Of a DNA stretch of 64,000 nucleotides, positions 52,078 to 64,000 are shown piece by piece. Origin of the DNA: the human T2T-CHM13v2.0 reference genome, Homo sapiens. The first letter of the stretch is position 1, and each line of letters begins with the position of its first letter. Position numbers and translations under genes: made by a program. The notes under the pieces are model-generated. The model saw nothing but the letters and a program-made list of their open reading frames with translations, was not told the origin of the DNA and did not search any database. The stretch lies in NCBI RefSeq assembly GCF_009914755.1, contig NC_060928.1, one strand, 5' to 3'.

Positions 52078-55000
52078 ATATACAAGTCATATGTAATCTG
52101 TCTGTATTCCCATAGCTAGTAAGTAGTGGAGCCAGGTTTGTGCTGTGGCGATCTGGCTCCAGAGCCTACACCTTTATGCACTATTCTATATTCATGTCTT
52201 TTTAATGGAGATATGTGTTTTTCCTGAAGTTGGCTCACTTATAGACATTACTGACAGTACTATAAGTCATATAGTAAAATCATTTCTCAGTTGCCAGTAA
52301 TGGCGAAAATGAACACTCACCTTTCAGATGAATCCTGTAATATGGTTTGTTATGTTTGACAAGATACAATTTGGAAGCTTCACAATACTTTGTACATTAG
52401 GAGACATGACTTATTAATGTACCATTAATGGAAAGTGTTACTAAATACTAAAATTCTGCAGAATCAATTGCTGGTTTTTTGGGGTTTTTTTTTTTTTTTT
52501 TTTTTTTTTGCTTTTGAACTACACTTACTCTCCATGGCAGCTTAAAAAGAGAAGCCCCATGAAAGTTTTAAACTCTATCCAAACCCAGGACAATCCAGCC
52601 TCTGTTTAGATGTGCCTCCACCCATCTCAGATTTTGATATAATTTGTCACTCTGCCATGTCCTTGTTCAAATACTACAGTATGTACTCTCTCAGCTTTTA
52701 TGCCAGAAACCACGAGTCTCCTAACTTTAGGAATATGTTGGGTAAATATTCTTACCCAATGAACTGCTTTTGAACACTTAATGGTTTGCATCTAATATTA
52801 TATATCACTAATTTTTATCCTCTTCACTTCAAAAAACATAAAATTCACCCTTTGAACACATCACATGTCCCTGAATATGTAAGCCCTGTAACCAAATCTT
52901 CAGCTGCCATTCTCATGGGAGTTTTTTATCTAATGAGATTATACTGAACTCAAATCTAAAATAGATTTGCATTTAGAATTAAAGTGATAATTCTTTCTCC
53001 TTTATAAAATTTGCGCCAAAATAGGTTCATAGTTAGAATACCTCCACAAGGCTCTTGATGGCTCACAAAACTTCTGTTTTCTGGACTTGAAATGTGTAAT
53101 GAGAGGTTTCAGTGATGTCAAACTAGTTATAGGGAGAATCTGATCAGCCACCTTTAAATTTCTAGGAGTCAGAGCAAACCCATTTAAATTTATATTAATG
53201 AGTTAGTACAAACTTTCCCTGGGAAGGTTGTCTATGATCCTCACTTGGAATTCTGCAAGCATAAAAGCAAGTAAGTCAGTCTGGAAGGCTTGATTTATTA
53301 AACTACCAAATCACAATAAAATAAAACTAGAAGGAACTGTGCAGATGATCTATAAACTCATTATTTTACAGGTGATAAAACTGAGGCTGTGGAAGACACT
53401 GACTTTACACATGACCAGGTTTCTAGTCCAGTGTACTCTCCACTGATTCAGACTGTTTCTTGCTTCTCAGCACCTGTTATTCTGAGGCAGTTTCTACCAA
53501 CAGTCACACAGAGAATGAGTTTTTTTTTTAAGGTACAAAGAAAGACTGAGAACAAATAATTCTTTTAATTATCAGTTTTTACTCTTAGTCTGTACCCTAT
53601 GTTCCTTGCTTCTTCCTCTGGTTCTCACCCTCCTCAATCCCACCCTGCCTGCCACACTCCCAATCTCTGTGTCACCCCCCACAAAAGAAACATAAAGCTG
53701 GGCATGAGTTCTGTTACTTTTGTTTTAACCTCTCCTATAGCCACGCCCTTATTTTCAATAATTCCTGTCTATTATTTTCCATAAACTTAACAGGAAATTA
53801 TACATCCTAGCACAAGCAGCCTCCTATGACTTTGTTGACTAATGCCTGAAGGAAAAAGCTATTACTTTCTGGTGGCCAAGTTATAGCTATAATTTTAGTT
53901 TATTCTTGAGATCACCTTCTATATGACAATATAAAATTACAAAGTGCCAATTTAACTTCTGAAAAATCAACTTCTTTTGTTATCCTACTAAACAGAAATC
54001 CATGTTAAAATAAAAATAGTTGTACATTTTTATCTCTATGCTATTATAATTTTCTGAAAAATAAGTCATTTTTATTTGTATCTGTGCTTAATGAGATGGA
54101 AAACCTATATGTATTACTTGTTTTGTAATTAGAAAGTAGGCTAGAAGATACCATCTGTCATTTATAGTCTTACTTCTAATCTAATAGAGGCAATAAACCC
54201 ATATCAGAGCCACCAACTGCTTTGAGTTCTCAATCAATTGAGTCTTTGTATATTCTATAAGGGAAAAATTCATCCAAAAAACACACTATGAGAAAATCTC
54301 TGTTTTCTGGAAGACATTTAGTATGATGTCAGCCATCTGAACTGTGGTTCTTTTATTGGTTCGTTACATTTTATTTTAAAGATTAACTGATTTTGCTCTT
54401 CAGTGAACGCATATTTCTGAACCTGAAGATTTCTTGAGATTACGCAGACATCCATTTCGCTTCAGGTACTTGTGGTTTATCTCAACTGATAAGATATTCA
54501 GAAATAACTCTACATGGCAGAATTTTATGAACAAAAGCAATTCAAACTAGACACAAAGACTATCCAAAAGGTTTTACACCAGACACACTGTGGTTCCCCC
54601 ATGGAATGCAGGGAATTTTAATAACATTATTTAATGAAGATCTGAAGACCGGACTAATTCTATCATGTATCAACTATGGTAATGATATGTTTAATATTGT
54701 ATACATAGCAGTATTTTAACAGTAGAATTATTTGATAAGCATATAGAAATGTATTTTGCTATTAAAATCAAATCAAACCTGATGAGGATAATGTTACTAA
54801 GATTATAATAATAGGAAAAGGTTCAAAAGTACTTTATTGAAATCCAAATTCTGGAAACTAAATTCAAATTCCTTTAGAGCACATGGAAACAATTTTCTTT
54901 CTTTTTAGTACTCAAACATACTATGATTTATTCCCTATAATACTGTTATTTCACTGTTTTCAACATCACATTGCTTATGAGGTTTCTGCATTTATAATTC

Positions 55001-55171
55001 CTCTGAAAAGAATATAAGTAGACAACTATTTTACTGATATGAGTGGATATTTTTCCAGAAAATTTTATGGGTGAAATGTAGAACCGAGACTGAATAATGT
55101 GGAAACTGAATGTGAGGGTAAGTCTTCAGAGCCATAAACTTCCAGGAAGCAAGAGTTTCCCAACCCTGCAC

Positions 55172-55343
55172 AATTTTATCAATTACTCATCCCATATTAT
55201 TTAGTACTTAATATGCATAAGATATTAATAATATGCATAAGATATTAAGTACTAAATTATATGTGATGAGTAATTGATAAAATTACTTAATATGCATAAG
55301 ATACTAAGTACTAAACAATATGGGATGAGTAATTGATAAAATT
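55172..55343. repeat. Inverted plus tandem repeat of a 43-bp unit
   Basis: Arm 55172-55214; reverse-complement copies at 55242-55284 and 55301-55343, two mismatches each. Confidence 0.92.
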
Positions 55344-56186
55344 CTACAGCAAAAAAAGCCCTATATTACTCTTTGTATAAACAAATTTTCACTGAAAAAT
55401 GAAGCAATTTTGAAATTTTTCAAATTTGCCTAAAACCTTTAAATCAGAGTAGAATGAAAATCCACGCAAATTTCTCCAATGAGTTCTTAAAGTGTAAGCT
55501 GCACTTTAAAAATCTATACCTGTAGGAATTACATCCAGTCATTAAACTTGTTTGAAATAGTAATGGATGAAATCACAGTTACTGTTTCCAAGCGTATGCA
55601 GAAACACATCTGAACCTAGCATGTTTTTGCTGACCTTAAAATATATAAGTACTTCATTTGTAATACATAAAACATGTATGCATATCTGTTGTAACAAGAA
55701 AATGGGATTAAAAGGCAAATGAAACATAGATAGAAAATAACTCTTTAACACTTCTATTATTTTAACCAATACTACTTTTGAGTATCAGATTGTGAAGTCA
55801 CTGCAATGCTGTTAACAGTTAAGTGACCCAATTTACACCTTCTGTGTTATGGGCTCTTAACCAGTGTTACTAAAAACCTAGCTATCTTGGCCTTCCTTTC
55901 ACTGATCAACCTATAAAATGCATGGACTTATGTTGATTTTCTTCAGTGTTATACATTTTAAGGACTTTCATGCCTAAATAAATAAATAAATAAAATACCC
56001 CAATTTTCATAAAGACACAATCATGGGTCAATGTTGCTGTTGTAATAACTCCTACAAAAGGAAAATGAAGAATAAAGTGGTCACAAGTTTCAGCAAAATA
56101 GGCATATTCTTTCAGAGAAACTAACAAAATTTAAAAATAACATCAACTATTAAGTGACTTTTTGTATTTGTGCTCTAAATAACTTC

Positions 56187-56488
56187 TTTTTTTTTTTTTT
56201 TTTTTTTTTGAGATGGAGTCTCTCTCTGTCACCAGGCTGGAGTGCAATGGCGCCATCCCAGCTCACTGCAACCTCTGACTCCCCAGTTCAAGTGATTCTC
56301 CTGCCTCAGCCTCCAGAGTAGCTAAGATTACAGGCATGTGCCACCACATCCTGCTAATTTTTGTATTTTTGGTAGAGCCGGGGTTTCACCATGTTGGCCA
56401 GGATGGTCTCGATCTCCTGACCTCGTGATCCGCCCGCCTCGGCCTCCCAAAGTGCTGGGATTACAGTGGTGAGCCACAGCGCCTGGCC
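56187..56488 (-). mobile_element. AluSc
   Basis: GTCACCAGG (Sc deletion); GGCCAGGATGGTCTCGATCTCCTGACCTCGTGATCC; 23-nt T tail. Confidence 0.94.
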
Positions 56489-58741
56489 AACTTTTTATTC
56501 TTTAACCTCAATTCTAACACTTAACATTTGAACAATCATATTTTTAAAAAACTGATTTTCAGAGAAACTTGCTAAACTAAAAGCTCAACTCTATAGTCTT
56601 TTAGGCCCCTGGTAAGTAATTATAAGAATTTATGTTCTCAAGAATTAATATTAAACTATTTAATTTTAGTAATCAATTTTAATAATTACTACATAAACAC
56701 TTTAATATGTTTAACTTATAAATTCCATCATCTTTTACTTGCTAAATGTAGGATTTAGAATCCTTACTTCACACACCTAGTCAACTATTCCCTCAGTGAC
56801 CCAAGAGAGTTTAAAAAGTCATGTTGTCTTTACAGCTAGAAACCAGACATATTCCCAAAGGAGGCTGTCCATTTTGGGCTCAAGATTAAGCAAACCTATA
56901 TTGCTGAATGAAAAAACTGCATTGTTTTAAATAACTCACAGACAAAACAGATTCTCTACAAATCCAACTTATTGTTTAAATAACTCTGTCTTGTATATAT
57001 CTGGAAAGAAATGTGATTAGTTTTATTAATTCTTAAAAAATTATCCAAATCAAATTGATTTCCTAACAATAAGTGTGAGTGGTTATGGGTGTATAAACAT
57101 TTTGTATTCAGAGACCTGAACAGAATCACAGAAGCTGATCCTCTCGCCCTCAGCTATATCACATATATACCAACTCAAATAGACCAAGAATTAATTCCTG
57201 AAGGATGCTTTAGATCTATACACTATTAGGAGATGTTTCTTTATTGTCAGCCTCCATTTCCTCATGTCACAATTTAATTTGTAATTTCCTGGCATTTAGA
57301 GAAATGAAAATTTAAATGTTCTGTTACTGTAGATATTTTTATCTTTCCAAACTATTTCAGCCTATTAATCAGGTCACCAATGTGGACTTACCCAAAAATA
57401 AACATTACAATTCTAACACGTCTATTGTAACCAGGCAGGCCTCAATCTTACTGTTGTGTACTCTTAGAAAGTTGGGATGCATTTTTACATGAAAACATTG
57501 GAAATTATTATTATATTCCACATTTCCCCCCCCCCAAAAAAAACTGCACTAATGATAGTTCTATGTCTTAAATATTGACTTTAGAATCCAATATCCCCAA
57601 AGTTTCAGGGTATGCAGAATTAGTTGGGGACAGCTGCTAGCAGCTGGCAGCACCCAAAACCAAGTCAGAAAAGAGTTCTGAAAGAAAGTGAGTGGGGACA
57701 TCTCCCCCACCCCCACCTTGACCCTAACAGTAAGGGAAATGACCTTCATTTGGATAAAGATAATTCCCTTCCTAAAGTACTCTAAGCTTCTTAGTAGAGT
57801 CAGAACTCCTTGGAGTACAGGAAAGTGTGCCCTATCTGCTGCATTTACCAGTTAGGTCTTAATAATCAGCCGATTATTTAACAAAACATCTTGCATCTAA
57901 TAGGGACCAATAAAGGGGTTAAATGAAGAGAGCCTTTATTTCTATTACTAAATAATGTCTTTTAGAACCAGGCATAGCATACAAACTAGTGTGTGACAAG
58001 TGCTGAGTGTAAGATACTGATATCCCTAAAGATTTATGAATTACATATCTAAGAAGTATACCTATATCTACCGATTTTGAAATATATATCACAGAATTTA
58101 TGTCATCTTCTTCCAAGTAAACACCTTAAAGAGCTACACTGACATTTACTTCATTGCTTCAAATATGCTCTGAACTCCTGTCTTGGAATTTTTAATGTTT
58201 TTTAATATCCTCAATGCTTGTTTATTTTTTAAGAGTACATATGATTTTAAGAAACACAGGTTTTTCCAAGCCAGGACTTGTGATAACAGTGATAAACATA
58301 ATAAATAATATCATTGTGTTTAAAAAGAAGAAGGAGGAGGAGAAAAAAGTAATCAAATTGGTATGGGGGTTTGATCAACCAGGTTCTGAAAAACTCTGAA
58401 AGGAAATATCAAAAAAAGGTCATTGGAATTGCCCACTAATATATGGGTAGAACCCTTTAAGGCCTTGGAGAGAAACCACACCTGGAGGTCCTTTAAGTGA
58501 CTGCATTGAAAGGAACAAGATTATTTATCCTTCTAAGTTCGGGCATATATGTTTAAATATCAGTCATCTTAACTTAAAATCTCATCTGGGAGTTTGTCTA
58601 TATTGTATTATGTTTACTTAACTTGGGCTACATCTGTACTCCTTAAAGTTTAAAAAAAAAATCAAATCCATTTCAGTCAAAGAATGTAAATTACTTCACT
58701 AAAATATGATAGAAATTCTTGTTTCTACCAACTCAGTAGAA

Positions 58742-59237
<496 letters not shown>

Positions 59238-59344
59238 GCACTCAGCTCTCATGAGGGTTAGACTTTCCAATTAAATTATCACTTCAGTAGGTATATCTGA
59301 CAACTTTGAAAAATAATCCACAAAGAACTCTTTTCAGTAAAATA

Positions 59345-60122
59345 TTTGCAAAGTGTGCACCTGACAAAAAAACTTACATTCAGAATCTACAAGGAATTCA
59401 AACAACAAAAAGAACAAATAACTCCATTAAAAAGTGGGCAAAAGACATGAATAGACAATTTTCAAAAGAAGACATAGAAATGGCTCAACATCACTGATCA
59501 TCAGAGAAATGCAAATTAAAACCACAATGAGATACCATCTTACTCCAGTCAGAATAGCTATTACTAAAAAGACAAAAAATAACAGATGTTGACGAGGATG
59601 CGGAGAAAACGGAATACTTACACACTGTTGGTGGGAAAATTAGTACCGCCTCTATGGAAAACAGTATGGAGATTTTGCAAAGAACTAAAAAGAGAACTAC
59701 CATTTGATACAGCAATTCTACTACTGGGTATATACCCCAAAGAAAAGAAATTATATCAAAAAGAAACCTGCACTTGTATGTGTATCAGAGCACTATTCAC
59801 AATAGCAGAGATACAAAATCAACCTGTGTCCAACAATGGATGACTGCATAAAGAAACTGTTGTGTGTGTATGTGTATAATTTAATTATATATTGTTAAAT
59901 ATCTGTTTATATACATACATACACACACATACAATTTCATTGTGTGCACATATTTACATATATAAAATGGAACACTATTGTATTCCAATACAATAGTATA
60001 CATATATATTTATATAAATATGTATACATACTTGTTACACACTAGTCACACGCTAGTTTGTATTTATATAAATATATGCATACTATTGTAATGAAATACA
60101 ATAGTATTCCGTTGTATTTGTA

Positions 60123-60158
<36 letters not shown>

Positions 60159-60520
60159 CGGAATACTATTCAGCCATAAAAAAGAATGAAATCATGTCTT
60201 TTGTGGTCACATGGGTGAAACTGGAGACCATTGTTTTAAGTTAAATAAGTCAGAAACAGAAATTCAAAAACCACATTTTTCACTTATAAGTGGGAGCTAA
60301 ATAATATGTGCACACAGACATGGAGTGTGGAATAATAGACTGGAGTCTCAGAAGAATGGGAGGTAGGAGGGGGGTGAGACATGAGAAATCACTTAATGAG
60401 TACAATGTACCCTGGGTGATGGTTACACTAAAAGCTCAGACTTTACCACTGTACAATATATCCATGTGACAAAACTGCACTTGTACCCTATTTTTCTATT
60501 TTCTAAAAAGAAAAAATAAT
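59345..60520 (+). mobile_element. L1PB-like 3' portion (ORF2 C-terminus plus 3' UTR)
   Basis: AAAAGTGGGCAAAAGACATGAA, GAAATGCAAATTAAAACCACAATGAGATACCA, GGTGATGGTTACACTAAAAGC; flanked by TCAGTAAAATA (59334-59344 / 60526-60536). Confidence 0.93.
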
Positions 60521-61622
60521 TTTTCTCAGTAAAATAAATGTTTCATATTAACTTTCCCACTGAAAAATGGCAGCGATTTAATGAAAAGCACCATTCAATC
60601 CCTACATATGTTCAATATCAATCAAGGCTTATCTCTTATCAGTCCCAAGGAAAAACATCTCAGGTTTCCCCTCTTTGTTAGGGGTGCGGGCCATAATCCT
60701 GAGACACACAATCCTAAAAGACCAAATCCTGAATGCTGAAACTCTGAAACATCAAAATCCCTAAAGTCTAAAATCCCTAAAATCATAATCCTAAAAGATC
60801 AAAATCTCAAAAATATAATTCTGGGGAACAAAATAATTAAAAAATATTTTAAAGACATTTATTTACATTTTTAAGGGGGATTTATTTGGGAAACATAAAA
60901 ACATGGCAGAACACGTGATAGGCCACCTTATATTAATACTACAAAATAGGCAATAATAATATTAATAATATACACATTTTTGCAAGCACAAACACTCAGG
61001 TATAGTAACAATAGTTGCATGAGTATAGCAGTTGTGAGTAGATGAACCAGATTCATAAAGAAATTGGTCAAAACGTGAAATGCAAAAACATATATCACTG
61101 TGGTTGCTAATTGTGGGCACCCAGCTATATAACTGCAGTTATCTGAAATACCATGATGAATAACCTAAGTCTTTTAACAAGATTGATCACAAACTGTGAC
61201 AGGTCACCACTACATATGTAGTAAGAGTCAAGATCTTGAGAAATTTCATCCTTCACAAATGCAGATGTACAAAAAGGAAATTTCTTCGTTTTTTGAGGAG
61301 GCTTCAATGTTTTTATATACAAATACAATTCTTATCCACAGAGTCAACATTGTGATAACGCAGTTTAATGGAGTCAAATTCGCAGCAAAAAAAAATGCAT
61401 AAAACAAATTAGAACTCTCCAAAATTATTTACACAATTTACACCTCCAGTATTAAAAATGATGTGAAGATGAAATACATAGCATAATGAATTGTTACTAT
61501 GTGTGAAGGAGCAGTAGTCGTACACGACTGAATAACTTGGCAGGGAAGGTATCTTGTAATTTTTGCTGGCATTGCCACTTTTCTATAATCTTCTAAACAC
61601 TTGCTGCACTTGTATTTGGAAA

Positions 61623-61821
61623 GTGGTTATAGTCTACAAATTTTGTAACTATAAACTGTCCATTTGAAAGTCTGGTTATTGCTCAGCCATTGCAATTAGC
61701 GATTTTCTGCTTTGGCAGCATCAATTAATTAGCTTTTAAATTTTTATCTTTCACCATTAAGTAGCCTCATACACTTATCACAGCCTTTCTGCAAGCGGAC
61801 AATTTTACAGATCTCTTCCAC
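61623..61821 (-). pseudogene. Disrupted FLYWCH-type zinc-finger N-terminus of a MULE transposase, inside Ricksha
   Basis: Manual frameshift-tolerant translation: EEICKIVRLQKGCDK../GYLMVKDKNLKAN..*CCQSRKSL/NCNG*AITRLSNGQFIVTKFVDYNH. Confidence 0.6.
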
Positions 61822-61877
61822 TGTGTTATAAGGAATATATAAGAAAAAAATGATATTCAGCTTCCTGACAGCAAATC

Positions 61878-62440
61878 TGTGTTACTCAGGGTTCTCCAGA
61901 GACAGAACCAATAGGGCACTTATATAGATATATGAGAGGGGATTTATTAGGGGAATTGATTCATGCAATTATGGTGGCTGAGAAGTCCCAAGACAGGTCA
62001 TCTACAAGCTGGAGATTCTGGGATGCTGGTAATGGTGGCTCAGTTCACATTTGAACGCCTCAGAACCAGGGAAGACAATGGTGTAACTCTCAAGCCAAGG
62101 CCAAAAGCCTCAGGACCTGGGGCACCACTGGTATAAGTCCTGGAGTCCAAAGGGCAGCAGGCCTGGAGTTCTGATGTCCCCAGCGGCAGAAGAAAAGTCT
62201 GTCTCAGCTCTCAGAGAGACCAATTTGCCTTCTTTATTTTGTTCTCTCTAGGACCCCTGCCATTTGGATGGTATCCATTAATGTTGAGGGCAGATCTTCC
62301 CCATCTAGTTCACTCAGACTCACACTAATTTCCTCTGGAAACACCCTCACAGACACACCTAAAATAATGCTCTACCAGGTTTCTAGGTACTCCTTAATTC
62401 AGTCAAGTTAAAATCCAGTCAAAGTAAAATTAAGTCCACA
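61878..62440 (-). mobile_element. MLT2B-like ERVL LTR carried inside Ricksha
   Basis: TGTGTTACTCAGGGTTCTCCAGAGACAGAACCAATAGG...GGAAACACCCTCACAGACACACC...AAGTCCACA. Confidence 0.9.
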
Positions 62441-62600
62441 AGTCTGCCCCTTGTCTACTTGGCACCCACACACATCTCTTTAAACCATACTTAATTCCAA
62501 ATAAAGACAATAATAAGGTAATAGTTTTACCTAACATGATGCAACTGACACGATGTAACTATCCTTCACACAGCCAGATATACACTAATCCCTTTCCCCA
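62441..62600 (-). mobile_element. HERV-L internal 3' fragment with polypurine tract
   Basis: The reverse complement reads AAGTAGACAAGGGGCAGACT immediately before the LTR's TGT. Confidence 0.75.
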
Positions 62601-63365
62601 GAATTTGGCTTCTTGGATTTCAGCACTCAGGATTTTAATCTTTTAGAATTGGGATTTTCAGAGTTTTAGATGTTACGGATTTTAAATGTTAAGGATCAAA
62701 AGATCCTTAGACGTTTTAATCTGTTGGAATCTCAACATTCGGGATTATGGTGTTCAGGGTTGTGTCTCTCTGGATTATGACAGGCATTGCTTTCTTAAGC
62801 CATCAGAGCAGGCAAAAATGAATTTCACCCAGGCTTTTCCTACAATATGAAAACTTGCTATAGGACTCTCCAGATCCCTTTCTTGACCAGAGACCAAATA
62901 TGCTAGCACCACCATCCCTTGATTTGCAGGGCCCACTGAAGTTTTTGGTATACTACTGTGGAATTCCAGATAGTACAGTGGCTAAGATGTAGGAAATGTT
63001 TTCCATCTCTGTTAGTTTATGAATAGCCTATCTTAGAGTTATTTACATCATTCTTCAAACAAAATCTATTTTTAAACGCCCAACTGCATAACTGACTGAA
63101 ATGTTCATTTTTATACAATCATATGGTAACTTACAGTACAGATCTAGAGAAGTAGCAAAATTTGGAAGTAAGAATGAACAAAAATGCTCAAGAGACATTT
63201 TAATATCTTAAAGAAAACCCCCAGAGAGGCATCTGCTAAAAACATAACATAGTTTTAAGTTCTGGGGTACCCCTCTCCCCTAAAAAAATTGGATTTCTAA
63301 ATAGCTACATTTGTAAGGTCTTCCTGATTATTCCAGAGGCATTTTGTCACGTGACTCCAACATGA

Positions 63366-63933
63366 CAAACTTATTCTTGTTATTTGCAAAAGTTATAGTG
63401 TATAAGATTGCCACAAACACTGAATTCACAAATTCTGAACCATTGCTCCTAGGGGAAATACAAGGTTAGATTCCTGTAAGCCTCTGGTTACAACATTTTC
63501 GGCAACCATTCAATACATAACCTTGCTTCATGTATGTTTTTGTTTAAAGATACCTTATTTAATATATATTGTTGATTCATTAACATTGAACTTACTGCCA
63601 ACAGCGTATTTAACTCATGCTTGAACAAAGCCTACCTCACACACACAAGTTCTCCATAAGACACGTTACAGACTTCTTGCATTTAGGAATGCTGGAAAGC
63701 AGTTAAGCACTGTGTTTGAACCATTTCCAACAGCAAAACCACCAACAGAAAGCACAAAAATTGTTTATATGTGGCACTAAATAAATTCTGAAAATGACAC
63801 TTGGTTACACTATAAGAGCTGAACCGAGAAGGCAGGGCATCACCTTGTTAGAGTGTTGGGCAACTCAAATTTTTCAACCCTCTGCACATGTCTGACGATG
63901 GCTGTGCAAGTGCTGTGAATATTGATTTGGAGG
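63366..63933. mobile_element. MER82 (TcMar-Tigger), interrupted near its end by an LTR
   Basis: CTGAACCATTGCTCCTAGGGGAAATACA...TTGATTCATTAACATTGAAC...CAACTCAAATTTTTC follows the recalled MER82 consensus. Confidence 0.88.
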
Positions 63934-64000
63934 GTATGCTGGGCTGTTCTTGCATTGCTATAAAGAAATACTTCAGATAGGGCAACTTATAAAAAAAGAG
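63934..64000 (-). mobile_element. MST-type MaLR LTR (runs off the window)
   Basis: GTTCTTGCATTGCTATAAAGAAATAC...TTATAAAAAAAGAG. Confidence 0.8.

Larger units (their letters stand above)
60681..62790. mobile_element. Ricksha (MULE-MuDR non-autonomous DNA transposon), near full length, about 2.1 kb
   Basis: Long TIRs made of AATCC/GGATT subrepeats (CATAATCCTGAGACACACAATCC... versus ...GTTGTGTCTCTCTGGATTATG); degenerate flanking duplication CTTTGTTAGG / CTTTCTTAAG. Confidence 0.85.

Noticed and set aside
59306-59843. ORFs 59306-59497 and 59586-59843
   Set aside because: Frameshifted pieces of the L1 ORF2 C-terminus.

Overview
AT-rich, CpG-depleted primate (very probably human) genomic DNA. I see no recognisable protein-coding exon, RNA gene, CpG island or prokaryotic system. 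Much of the window is interspersed repeats: about 12 Alu/FLAM copies, L1/HAL1 and L2 fragments, MIRs, about 13 MaLR/ERVL LTRs, and DNA transposons (MER1B, MER46/Tigger4a, MER2, MER5, MER82, and a near full-length Ricksha). Many retain visible target-site duplications (TSDs). Most LTRs and L1s point to the + strand, which suggests by inference an intron of a large gene transcribed from the - strand; I cannot name that gene. The short ORFs in the track are repeat-derived or chance. Most notable observations: (1) a composite Ricksha MULE carrying an ERVL LTR plus internal fragment and a FLYWCH remnant; (2) two small inverted-triplication/hairpin structures that look like template-switch scars; (3) a - strand candidate cryptic exon just downstream of a (UG)18 tract; (4) a mosaic AluS/AluY with intact TSDs. 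Subfamily names come from recalled consensus sequences, not a database search. Boundaries without TSDs are approximate. I found no convincing evidence of a new biological system.
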